DNA of 64,000 nt, taken from the NCBI GenBank assembly GCA_964384485.1, contig CAYLLE010000005.1, positions 4,258-68,257 on the forward strand. Direction: 5' to 3'. The stretch is from an uncultured Spirochaetales bacterium. Its GTDB lineage: Bacteria; Spirochaetota; Spirochaetia; CAYLLE01. The translations under genes were made by a program, and so were the position numbers. Shown here piece by piece: positions 28,489 to 37,362 of this stretch (the first letter of the stretch is position 1; each line of letters starts with the position of its first letter). Under the pieces are notes generated by a model. It saw only the letters and a list, made by a program, of their open reading frames with translations, did no database searches and was not told the DNA's origin.

Positions 28489-29289
28489 ATGATAAAACGT
28501 ATCGCGGGAGTTACCGGTCTTCTGCTGCTTCTTGCCGCGGCAGTACCGCCGGTCCAGGCCCAGGATGTACCCGGTCCGGGACCGGATCAGGAAGTTACAC
28601 CTGCCATGGAGATACCTTTCATCGATCTCTCGGTCCGAGCACCGGACGGCAACCAGGAAGTTTCGTTTACTCTGCAGCTCCTTTTGTTATTGGCCGTTCT
28701 GAGCATCGCCCCGTCCATCATTATTCTCCTGACTTCTTTCCTCCGGATCGCTATCGTTTTTGATTTCATCAAGCGGGCCCTTTCTCTGCAGCAGGTTCCT
28801 CCCACTCAGGTGCTTATGGGGGTGGCCCTGTTTTTGACCCTCTTTATCATGTGGCCCACGGTGACGACGGTCTACGAAAATTCGATACAGCCCTTTGCAG
28901 CCGGTGAAATCGGTTTTCAGGAGGCTTACGAGAATTTCATTACTCCCCTCCGGGTTTTTATGTACCGCCAGATGCGGGAAGATCCCGGCAATATCAGTTT
29001 ATTTATGAAGATGAGTAATCTTCCAAAGCCGGAAAATCTGGCCGATGTGCCGACCCAGGTTCTGATACCGGCTTTTGTGCTTCACGAAATGACCGTTGCG
29101 TTTAAGATGGGAATCCTTCTGTTTATTCCCTTTATAGTAATCGATATGGTAGTCGCTTCAACCCTGATGTCCATGGGTATGATCATGCTGCCGCCGGTAA
29201 TGATTTCCCTTCCGTTCAAAATTATTCTGTTTGTACTAGTTGACGGATGGGGGCTGATTACCCAGCAGCTTGTGGCAAGCTACGGATAG
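28489..29289 (+). CDS. fliP: Flagellar export gate protein FliP
   Basis: LLTSFLRI, LSLQQVPPTQVL, GMIMLPP, FVLVDGW. Confidence 0.97.
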   Translation: MIKRIAGVTGLLLLLAAAVPPVQAQDVPGPGPDQEVTPAMEIPFIDLSVRAPDGNQEVSFTLQLLLLLAVLSIAPSIIILLTSFLRIAIVFDFIKRALSLQQVPPTQVLMGVALFLTLFIMWPTVTTVYENSIQPFAAGEIGFQEAYENFITPLRVFMYRQMREDPGNISLFMKMSNLPKPENLADVPTQVLIPAFVLHEMTVAFKMGILLFIPFIVIDMVVASTLMSMGMIMLPPVMISLPFKIILFVLVDGWGLITQQLVASYG

Positions 29290-29300
29290 GGAGGTAGGAT

Positions 29301-29570
29301 ATGTCGTTAGGATTCGCGGTGGCAGTCATGCGGAACGGTATCCTTCAGGTTCTTCTGATGGCCGCGCCGGTTTTGATTGTCAGTGTAGTGGTAGGATTGA
29401 TCGTTTCTATCTTTCAGGCCACCACGTCGATACAGGAACAGACTCTCACTTTTGTCCCGAAAATCGCGGCAATTCTGGTCTCCCTGATTGTTTTCGGATC
29501 ATGGATATTCTCGTCAATGCGGGAATTCGCCCTTTCAATCATTAATATGCTTCCGGAGATGGTTAAGTGA
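29301..29570 (+). CDS. fliQ: Flagellar export gate protein FliQ
   Basis: FQATTSIQEQTLTFVPKI. Confidence 0.97.
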   Translation: MSLGFAVAVMRNGILQVLLMAAPVLIVSVVVGLIVSIFQATTSIQEQTLTFVPKIAAILVSLIVFGSWIFSSMREFALSIINMLPEMVK

Positions 29571-30349
29571 TTCAGGACCTTCAGGTATTTTTCCTGATTT
29601 TCGCGCGGATTTTCGCGCTCCTTATCGTTGCACCCCTGATCTCTTCCCGTTCCGTTCCCAGCATAGCCCGGATCGGGCTTACCCTTTTTGCCGCGGTGAC
29701 CGTTTTTCCGTGGGTCAAGGAGCTGGGGTACCCTATCCCCGATTTGGGGTTGAGCTACAGTCTGTTAGTCCTCGGGGAAGCTCTCGTCGGCGTGATACTC
29801 GGTTTCTTCCTGGTTTTAATACATTCCGCGTTTCAGGTGGCGGGGCAGTTCTTTTCTCTGCAGATGGGATTCGGCGCCTCCCAGGTCTACGATCCCTTAT
29901 CGCAGGTTTCAATGCCTCTTATCGGACAGCTGTTCTACATAATGGGAATGTTCATCTTTGTTACCGTAGACGGTTTTCAAAAACTCTTCCTGTCCGGTAT
30001 ATACCGTTCTTTTAACTCTATTAAAGCGGTGGACCTGGTGTACAACAAGGACCCGCTCATCGGGATGATCCTAAAAGGACTGGGCGGACTGTTCGAACAG
30101 GCTCTCATCATAAGCTTCCCGGTTCTCGGAACCCTTTTCCTGATCTCGGTGACTATCGGACTTATGTCCAAGGCGGCGCCGCAGATGAACCTGCTGATGA
30201 TGGGATTTCCCATTTCCATCGCCGTAGCGTTTCTGATAATCTTCCTCTCCATGCCCTTCATCGTTGAGGCATTCGCCCGTATTATAGAAGGCAGCCTGGA
30301 ACAGATATCGATCCTTATTGACCGGATAGCAGGGGGGACGGCGCAATGA
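29567..30349 (+). CDS. fliR: Flagellar export gate protein FliR
   Basis: Hydrophobic; QVAGQFFSLQMGF, KAAPQMN. Confidence 0.96.
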   Translation: MIQDLQVFFLIFARIFALLIVAPLISSRSVPSIARIGLTLFAAVTVFPWVKELGYPIPDLGLSYSLLVLGEALVGVILGFFLVLIHSAFQVAGQFFSLQMGFGASQVYDPLSQVSMPLIGQLFYIMGMFIFVTVDGFQKLFLSGIYRSFNSIKAVDLVYNKDPLIGMILKGLGGLFEQALIISFPVLGTLFLISVTIGLMSKAAPQMNLLMMGFPISIAVAFLIIFLSMPFIVEAFARIIEGSLEQISILIDRIAGGTAQ

Positions 30350-31494
30350 GTGAGTTTCTGTACCGGACAATTCCGCCCCTAAAAGATTCTTCCTTCGCCG
30401 GAATGCACCTTAGGTGGTTCGCTGCCGAGGATGAGGGACGGACCGAAGATCCGACGGAACATAAGATCCGGAAGGCCAGGGAGGAAGGGAAGGTCGCGAA
30501 ATCCCCCGAAGTTCCCTCCACCATGGTTCTACTTATGACGGTGGTAACTATCGCCTTAATCGCCTCTTTTCTTTTCAACGGTTTCGCGGAAATGATGACC
30601 TACTTTTTAAGCCGAACGGGTCAGATAGATGTTCTAACCGATCCCACAGTCACGACTTCTTTTTACCGTTATTTTCTCCGCCTCGTCCTACCGGTGGCAG
30701 TGGTCGCTTTCGCCGGGGCTGTGATCGGGAATATTCTGCAGGTCGGCTTCATGTTCACCACCAAGACCATCAAGCCTGATTTTTCGAAGGTCGCACCGAA
30801 GTTCGGTAAGTTTTTTAAACGGGCTCTGTTCTCCCTTGAAGCGGTGTTCAATCTCGGAAAGACCCTCCTGAAGGTTGTAGTCATCGGGTTTATTGCCTAT
30901 TTAAATATCAGGGCGAATTTGGGTGAACTTATAATGCTGATCCAGTTCTCCTTTCTCCAGTCATTTTCTTTAGTGACAGGGATCGCCTTCGCAATTCTGC
31001 TGGAATCCGCGATATTCCTTCTGGCAATATCGGTGGTGGATTACTTTTTTCAGCGCAGGCAGCACAGAGAATCCCTCAAAATGAGCCGGCAGGAGATCAA
31101 GGAAGAGCGGAAAACCTACGAAGGTGATCCGCTGGTAAAGAACCGGATGAAGCAGCGGATGCAGGAGCTCCTCTCCAGGAACATGATCCAGAGGGTGGAA
31201 GAGGCCGATGTGGTGGTAACCAACCCGACCCATTACGCGGTTGCCATGGAGTACCGGCGGGAAACGATGGACGCGCCTACCGTCACCGCGAAAGGGCAGG
31301 ATCACCTGGCCCAGCGGATCCGCGAAGCGGCGGATGAACACGATGTTCCCATAATTGAAAACAAGCCGCTTGCCAGGGCGCTTTATGCTGAGGTTGATAT
31401 CGGTGATACGATTCCCGAACGGTATTATGAAGCGGTGGTAACGGTACTGAAACAGGTGTATAAGATGAAAGGACAGGCCGGAAGGGCAGTTTAA
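30346..31494 (+). CDS. flhB: Flagellar export protein FlhB
   Basis: RTEDPTEHK, EGDP, NPTH autocleavage motif, VPIIENKPLARALY. Confidence 0.97.
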   Translation: MSEFLYRTIPPLKDSSFAGMHLRWFAAEDEGRTEDPTEHKIRKAREEGKVAKSPEVPSTMVLLMTVVTIALIASFLFNGFAEMMTYFLSRTGQIDVLTDPTVTTSFYRYFLRLVLPVAVVAFAGAVIGNILQVGFMFTTKTIKPDFSKVAPKFGKFFKRALFSLEAVFNLGKTLLKVVVIGFIAYLNIRANLGELIMLIQFSFLQSFSLVTGIAFAILLESAIFLLAISVVDYFFQRRQHRESLKMSRQEIKEERKTYEGDPLVKNRMKQRMQELLSRNMIQRVEEADVVVTNPTHYAVAMEYRRETMDAPTVTAKGQDHLAQRIREAADEHDVPIIENKPLARALYAEVDIGDTIPERYYEAVVTVLKQVYKMKGQAGRAV

Positions 31495-31509
31495 AAGGGG
31501 TAATATGTA

Positions 31510-33594
31510 ATGGCTGATGTTCAGCGTATTTTCAGTAATGCTTTCCTCAGACAGCGAAGCGACATCCTCGTCGCGATCGGTGTGATTATCGCGGTGATGA
31601 TGTTCATCATCCCCCTGCCCGCGGTAATTCTCGACACCCTGATGTCCCTGAACCTTGTTTTCAGTCTCCTTGTTGTTTTGATAGTACTCTACACAAAACG
31701 GTCTTTGGATTTTTCCATTTTTCCAACACTGCTTCTGATATCGGCGGTGTTTGGGCTGGCTTTGAATGTTTCTTCCACCAGGCTTATTTTGGCTCAGGGA
31801 GAGGATTTCAAGGGTCAGGTTGTCCGGGCCTTTTCCAGTTTTGTGGTTGGAAGCGGGGGTACGGAAGGTATCGTCATCGGAGCGATCATTTTCGTTATCA
31901 TTATAGTCGTCCAGGTAGTTGTTATAACCAAAGGCGCGACCCGGGTTGCCGAAGTAGCTGCCCGGTTTACCCTGGATGCTCTGCCGGGTAAACAGATGGC
32001 CATAGAAGCGGAGTACAACTCCGGGGCCATAAGCGAAGAAGAAGCAAGCCGTCGGAAAATAGATCTAGAAAAGGAAGTTGATTTTTACGGCGCTATGGAC
32101 GGTGCCGCCAAGTTCGTGAGCGGTAACGTAAAAGCGGGTATATTCATTACGGTCTTAAACGTGGTAGGAGGAATTGTAGTCGGTGTTACCCTGCATAACG
32201 AAACATTCCAGACCGCGCTGAACAATTACATTTCCCTGGCCATTGGTGACGGACTGGTATCCCAGTTCCCGGCATTGCTGATTTCGGTCGGAACGGGACT
32301 CATCGTAACCAGGGCTGTTTCGGACGGTACTTTCGGTTCCGACGTTACCCAGCAGTTTTCGCACCAATCAAAAGTTTACTGGATCGGTGCCGCCTTTCTG
32401 CTGCTTTTGGGGTTTCTTCCAGGCTTTCCCTGGTATGTCTTGATCCCCTTGGGGCTTCTAATGGGGTTTCTGGCGTACCGGATGACCGGCAGGCAGATTG
32501 CCCGGGAAACCGAAGAAGAGGAAGAGGCAGCCGCCCGGAAGGGTACGGAAGCTCCGGCTGAAATATCCCCGGTAGCTCCGCTGGATCCGATCTCCATGGA
32601 ACTCGGATACGGTCTTGTTCCGCTGGCGGATAAACCCCAGGGAGCCGAGCTTTTGGACAGGATAACCCGGATCAGACGGGAAATCGCGCTGGATCTCGGT
32701 CTTGTGGTACCCAGGATAAGAATCGTGGACAACCCCCGGCTGGAACCGTCGGAGTACAGTTTGAAAATCCGGGGCGTTGAAGTAGGCCGGGGAAACATCA
32801 GGCTGGGCCATTTTCTGGCCATCAATCCGGGTGGTGTCCGGGAAGAGGTGGCCGGTGAAAAGACCCGGGATCCCGCGTTCGGTCTGCCGGCGTTATGGAT
32901 AATGGATTCCCAGCGGGAAGCAGCGGAGCGGGCAGGGTATACCGTTGTCGACGCGCCTTCGATTATTGCGACCCATCTTACCGAGATAATAAAACGGCAC
33001 GCCGCGGATATTCTGGACCGGCAGGAGGTGAAATCTATCCTGGACACGATAAAACAGGACTACTCGGCGGTTGTGGAAGAGGCGCAGCGTGAACTCACCA
33101 TCGGCGACATTCAGAAAGTGCTTCAGGGTCTGCTCCGGGAACAGGTATCTATCCGGAACATGGTTATTATTCTGGAGACCCTGGCCGATTACGGAGGCGT
33201 AACAAAGGAGACGGTCTTCCTCGTGGAAAAAACGAGACAGGCTTTGGCACGGCAGATTTCACTGCAGTATGCCGACGAAGAGAAGAAGCTTCATGTAATC
33301 ACTATAAATCCTGAACTTGAACAGCAGATTGTGGATTCCCGGATGGACACACCGTCCGGTCCGGTAGCCGCTCTAGCTCCGGATGTTCAGCGGCAGTGGA
33401 TAAACGCGCTGACCAACACTGTCCGGAGTGTGCAGGAACAGGGATATTTCCCGATTATACTCTGTTCCGAAGCGGCTAGAGCCATGGTAAAACAGAGTAC
33501 CGCCAGAGAGGTGCCCGATCTGGCTGTGCTGTCGGTACCTGAAATAGTAAATGATATTGAAGTAGAAAGGATTGGAGAAGTACACTTGCAATAG
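31510..33594 (+). CDS. flhA: Flagellar export protein FlhA
   Basis: RVAEVAARFTLDALPGKQMAIEAE, FYGAMDGAAKFV, GDGLVSQFPALL. Confidence 0.98.
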   Translation: MADVQRIFSNAFLRQRSDILVAIGVIIAVMMFIIPLPAVILDTLMSLNLVFSLLVVLIVLYTKRSLDFSIFPTLLLISAVFGLALNVSSTRLILAQGEDFKGQVVRAFSSFVVGSGGTEGIVIGAIIFVIIIVVQVVVITKGATRVAEVAARFTLDALPGKQMAIEAEYNSGAISEEEASRRKIDLEKEVDFYGAMDGAAKFVSGNVKAGIFITVLNVVGGIVVGVTLHNETFQTALNNYISLAIGDGLVSQFPALLISVGTGLIVTRAVSDGTFGSDVTQQFSHQSKVYWIGAAFLLLLGFLPGFPWYVLIPLGLLMGFLAYRMTGRQIARETEEEEEAAARKGTEAPAEISPVAPLDPISMELGYGLVPLADKPQGAELLDRITRIRREIALDLGLVVPRIRIVDNPRLEPSEYSLKIRGVEVGRGNIRLGHFLAINPGGVREEVAGEKTRDPAFGLPALWIMDSQREAAERAGYTVVDAPSIIATHLTEIIKRHAADILDRQEVKSILDTIKQDYSAVVEEAQRELTIGDIQKVLQGLLREQVSIRNMVIILETLADYGGVTKETVFLVEKTRQALARQISLQYADEEKKLHVITINPELEQQIVDSRMDTPSGPVAALAPDVQRQWINALTNTVRSVQEQGYFPIILCSEAARAMVKQSTAREVPDLAVLSVPEIVNDIEVERIGEVHLQ

Positions 33595-33608
33595 TAAGGA
33601 AAAAAGTG

Positions 33609-34811
33609 ATGGAATATTTTACGGAACAAGCATTGAGTCATCAGGAAGCTCTCAATAAAGTACAGATGAAGTACGGCGACCGGGCCCGGATAATGAACCA
33701 CCGGAGTGTCAAAATGGGCGGATTTCTCGGTCTCTTTTCCCGGGAGGGGGTGGAAATTAACGGGTACATCGCCTCGGCACCGCCGCCTAAAAAGGATTTT
33801 GATAAGCAGAAAGCGGAAATACTGGCTACGGTGCAAAAGACAAGTTCCATAGAACTGGTGCTTAAGGAAGTTCAAGCCCTCGGAGAGCGGCTCGACCGGA
33901 ATGGTTCCGGGCATGAAGAAAAGCAGAACCATCCCTCCATTATCAAGGCATCAGAACTGTTAAGCAGGAACGAATTCTCCTATACGTTTATCCGGAAATC
34001 TGAAAAATGGATGAAAAACACATTCACCCTTGAGGAGCTTGACGATTTTTTGCTTGTTCAGCAGCGTCTTGCGGAATGGATCGGCAGGCAGGTTGTTATT
34101 CACAATCCGAAAAGACGGGAAAAACCGATGGTCTTCATCATTGTAGGTCCTACCGGAGTCGGTAAAACGACGACAATAGCTAAACTGGCCGCGACCTATG
34201 CAATCGGCAACGAAAGCTCCCGCCCGAGAAAAGTCCGGATACTGACAATAGACAATTACCGGATCGGGGCTAAACAGCAGATCGAAACTTACGGTGAGAT
34301 AATGGAAATTCCGGTTTCGGCCGTAGAAACGAAGGAAGAGGTCCAGAAGTATCTCGCCCTATATGAGGATGCTGATATTATCTTTATAGATACAATCGGA
34401 AAAAGCCCCAAAGATTTTGTTAAACTGGCGGAAATGAAGGAATTGCTTCACTCCTGCGGCACAAAAGCCTCGGTGCACCTTGCCGTGAGCTCCACAACAA
34501 AGCCGGGAGATATCGAAGAAATAATTCGACAGTTTGAATCTTTCGGCTGCGAATCAATCATACTCACCAAGCTCGATGAAACCAGCCGGGTCGGGAACAT
34601 CATTAGTGTATTAGCCGAAAAAAAGAAGGAGCTTTCCTACTTTACGACCGGCCAGCGGGTTCCCCAGGATCTCGAACGGGCGACGGTCAAGGAATTGCTC
34701 CTGCGGCTGGAAGGTTTTACAATAAACAGAAATCAGTTAGAACAAGCCCTTAATCCGCCTTCTGGCGGAGAACAGGAAGATAAACGGAATAACGGAGAAA
34801 TAGATGGCTGA
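33609..34811 (+). CDS. flhF: Flagellar biosynthesis GTPase FlhF
   Basis: [32 protein letters not shown] of the SRP-type GTPase family. Confidence 0.96.
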   Translation: MEYFTEQALSHQEALNKVQMKYGDRARIMNHRSVKMGGFLGLFSREGVEINGYIASAPPPKKDFDKQKAEILATVQKTSSIELVLKEVQALGERLDRNGSGHEEKQNHPSIIKASELLSRNEFSYTFIRKSEKWMKNTFTLEELDDFLLVQQRLAEWIGRQVVIHNPKRREKPMVFIIVGPTGVGKTTTIAKLAATYAIGNESSRPRKVRILTIDNYRIGAKQQIETYGEIMEIPVSAVETKEEVQKYLALYEDADIIFIDTIGKSPKDFVKLAEMKELLHSCGTKASVHLAVSSTTKPGDIEEIIRQFESFGCESIILTKLDETSRVGNIISVLAEKKKELSYFTTGQRVPQDLERATVKELLLRLEGFTINRNQLEQALNPPSGGEQEDKRNNGEIDG

Positions 34812-35679
34812 TCAGGCAGAAACGTTACGGGAAATGATGAAAAACAAGGGATCCTCAAACGGATCCGGAGGTACCAGGATCATTACGGTTGCCAGCGGAA
34901 AGGGCGGAGTAGGTAAAACAAACATTTCAACAAACCTCGCCATTGCTTATGCCAAACTCGGAAAGAAGGTCATATTGATGGACGCTGACCTGGGATTGGC
35001 AAATGTGAATGTGGTTCTTGGAATCATTCCGAAGTACAACCTTTATCATCTAATCCGAAAACAGAAGAAACTCGACGAAATAATTATGGATACGGATTAC
35101 GGTATCAGGATTGTAGCCGGCGCGAGCGGGTTCGCGAAAATCGCGAATCTGACTGAGGAAGAGCGGCAATCTTTCATACAGGAGTTATCGAAACTCTCCA
35201 GCGCGGACATAATCATAATTGACACTTCCGCCGGAGTTTCCGCGAATGTTCTCTCCTTTGTCGCGGCAGCGGATGAGGCCGTCATCGTTACAACACCCGA
35301 ACCTACAGCCATCACCGACGCTTACGGAATAATAAAAATTATTGCTACCGAAATTGATAATCTTGGACTCAGCCTGAAACTTGTCGTAAACCGGGTAAAA
35401 TCGGTGACGGAAGGAAAGCGGGTAGCGGAGCGGGTTATAAATATTGCCGGACAGTTTCTGAATCTGAAAGTTGAATATCTCGGATATGTTTATGAAGATC
35501 CGGTAGTTCATAACGCGGTACTGAAACAGAAGCCGTTTCTGATTGTAGATTCCAAGAGTAAGGCTGCGAATTGTGTCCATCATATTGTGAGTAAGCTGGA
35601 AAAGGTAAGTTATACCGAAGGAGGCGGCATTTCTAAGTTTTTGAAACGTCTATTCGGGGCACAGCAGGCAGGAAGGTGA
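34804..35679 (+). CDS. flhG: MinD-like ATPase FlhG
   Basis: Deviant Walker A SGKGGVGKT, DADLGLAN, TTPEPTAITDAY; overlaps the flhF end. Confidence 0.93.
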   Translation: MADQAETLREMMKNKGSSNGSGGTRIITVASGKGGVGKTNISTNLAIAYAKLGKKVILMDADLGLANVNVVLGIIPKYNLYHLIRKQKKLDEIIMDTDYGIRIVAGASGFAKIANLTEEERQSFIQELSKLSSADIIIIDTSAGVSANVLSFVAAADEAVIVTTPEPTAITDAYGIIKIIATEIDNLGLSLKLVVNRVKSVTEGKRVAERVINIAGQFLNLKVEYLGYVYEDPVVHNAVLKQKPFLIVDSKSKAANCVHHIVSKLEKVSYTEGGGISKFLKRLFGAQQAGR

Positions 35680-35732
35680 AACTTGACGGGATGGCGATTT
35701 TACCATAATCTGGAGATAAGGAGCGGTTCCGG

Positions 35733-36488
35733 ATGCCCGAGAACTTAAATTGGAAGATCGTTGCAGGCGCCGCGGCTGGTGCTTTTCTCATCGCCTTTAT
35801 AATCGCGGGTGTTGCTGGAGTGGGCTTCGGCAAGATGATCCTGCGCGGTTTTTTAGGCGCTCTAGTGTTCGGGGCTCTCGGGGCGGGATTAAGCATTGTA
35901 ATTGCCCGGTTCCTTCCTGAATTACTGACACCTCAGGAACAGACCTCTGCGGAAGAAGATTTTAAGCCGAAAGAAACCGGCAGAAATGTAGATGTTGTAG
36001 TGGAAAATGATGAAGAAATCGGAGCGGGCGTCTACAATTTAGAAGTTGCAGATGACGAAGAGCTAGAAGAAATTGCAGGTGACTCCACCGGGGATTCCGA
36101 AGAACCCGCAGCTGATTTGGAACCGGCGGAAGATCTTCCGGAGAGCGGGGAAGCTGGTTCCGGTGAAAATGTGAACTTCAATGAAGATACAGATGATTCT
36201 CTGGTTGAAGAGGTAGAAGAACTGTCTCCGGAAGAGGACGATTCAGAAGAATTCCGGGAAAGTATTGCAGCCGAAACAGTCGAGCCGGATGATGATGTTG
36301 AAAATCTGCCGGATGTAGACCGGTTTTCCGGATCTTTTCAGGATACTCTGGAACAGGACGAGGAAAACGAGCAGGAAGAACCGCCCCGGAAGCAGTTTTC
36401 TCCGGAACAGGAAAATCCGTTTCCTGATCAGGATCCGGAAACAATGGCACGGGCTATCCGGACAGCATTAAAGAGAGATTCCGAATGA
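35733..36488 (+). CDS. Hypothetical membrane protein (2 TM, acidic disordered tail, FliF-C-like terminal peptide)
   Basis: Two N-terminal hydrophobic helices, an Asp/Glu-rich tail, C-terminus DPETMARAIRTALKRD; between flhG and fliA. Confidence 0.8.
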   Translation: MPENLNWKIVAGAAAGAFLIAFIIAGVAGVGFGKMILRGFLGALVFGALGAGLSIVIARFLPELLTPQEQTSAEEDFKPKETGRNVDVVVENDEEIGAGVYNLEVADDEELEEIAGDSTGDSEEPAADLEPAEDLPESGEAGSGENVNFNEDTDDSLVEEVEELSPEEDDSEEFRESIAAETVEPDDDVENLPDVDRFSGSFQDTLEQDEENEQEEPPRKQFSPEQENPFPDQDPETMARAIRTALKRDSE

Positions 36489-36561
36489 TGATTTTTAAGA
36501 GGAGAGGATGTTCCGCGGAGCGGCACCGATTACTCCATTCAGACGGGAAGGTATGTTAATT

Positions 36562-37350
36562 ATGAGCGAAAACGTTACCGCCGAAAAAAAAGAAGAAGAA
36601 CTTTGGCATCAATATAAAAAGAAGAAAGATTCTAAGTTAAGAGATTATTTTGTAAAAAAATATGCTCCTTTAGTAAAGTATGTAGCGGGTAAGGTGGCAG
36701 TTGGGATGCCGAGCAACGTGGAGTTTGACGATCTTGTCGGATACGGTGTTTTCGGTCTCTTTGACGCGATCGAAAAGTTTGATCCCGCGAAGCATGTAAA
36801 ATTTAAAACCTATGCCGTCACTCGGATCCGGGGCGCAATCTTTGATGAGCTCCGCTCCATTGACTGGGTACCCAGATCGGTCAGGCAGAAAGCCCGGCAG
36901 GTAGAAGAATCGGTACGGAAACTTGAATCCTCCCTTGGAAGACCCGCCACGGATAAAGAAATCGCGAAAGATATGGGAATGTCCTCAAAGGATTTCGAAA
37001 AAATGATGATGAAGATCAGCGGGACATCAATTCTATCCCTGAATGAGGTGTGGTACAGCGGAGATGAGAACGACAAAATTTCAATTTCCGACAGTATCGA
37101 ATCTCCGCAGAGTCTTAATCCCGACACGATCGTCGAAAAGGATGAAATAAAACGGGTTATTATAGAAGCAATCAACGAACTTCCGGACAAAGAGAAGAAG
37201 GTGCTTGTTCTATATTATTATGAAGATTTAACGCTAAAAGAAATCGGGCAGGTTCTCGAAGTAACAGAATCTAGAATATCTCAGCTCCACACAAAAGCAA
37301 TCATGCGGCTCCGGGCAAAACTGACCAATATCAAGAAAGGAATCATGTAG
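36562..37350 (+). CDS. fliA: RNA polymerase sigma28 factor FliA/WhiG
   Basis: [32 protein letters not shown], region 4 [20 protein letters not shown]. Confidence 0.96.
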   Translation: MSENVTAEKKEEELWHQYKKKKDSKLRDYFVKKYAPLVKYVAGKVAVGMPSNVEFDDLVGYGVFGLFDAIEKFDPAKHVKFKTYAVTRIRGAIFDELRSIDWVPRSVRQKARQVEESVRKLESSLGRPATDKEIAKDMGMSSKDFEKMMMKISGTSILSLNEVWYSGDENDKISISDSIESPQSLNPDTIVEKDEIKRVIIEAINELPDKEKKVLVLYYYEDLTLKEIGQVLEVTESRISQLHTKAIMRLRAKLTNIKKGIM

Positions 37351-37362
37351 TCAGGAGAATCT

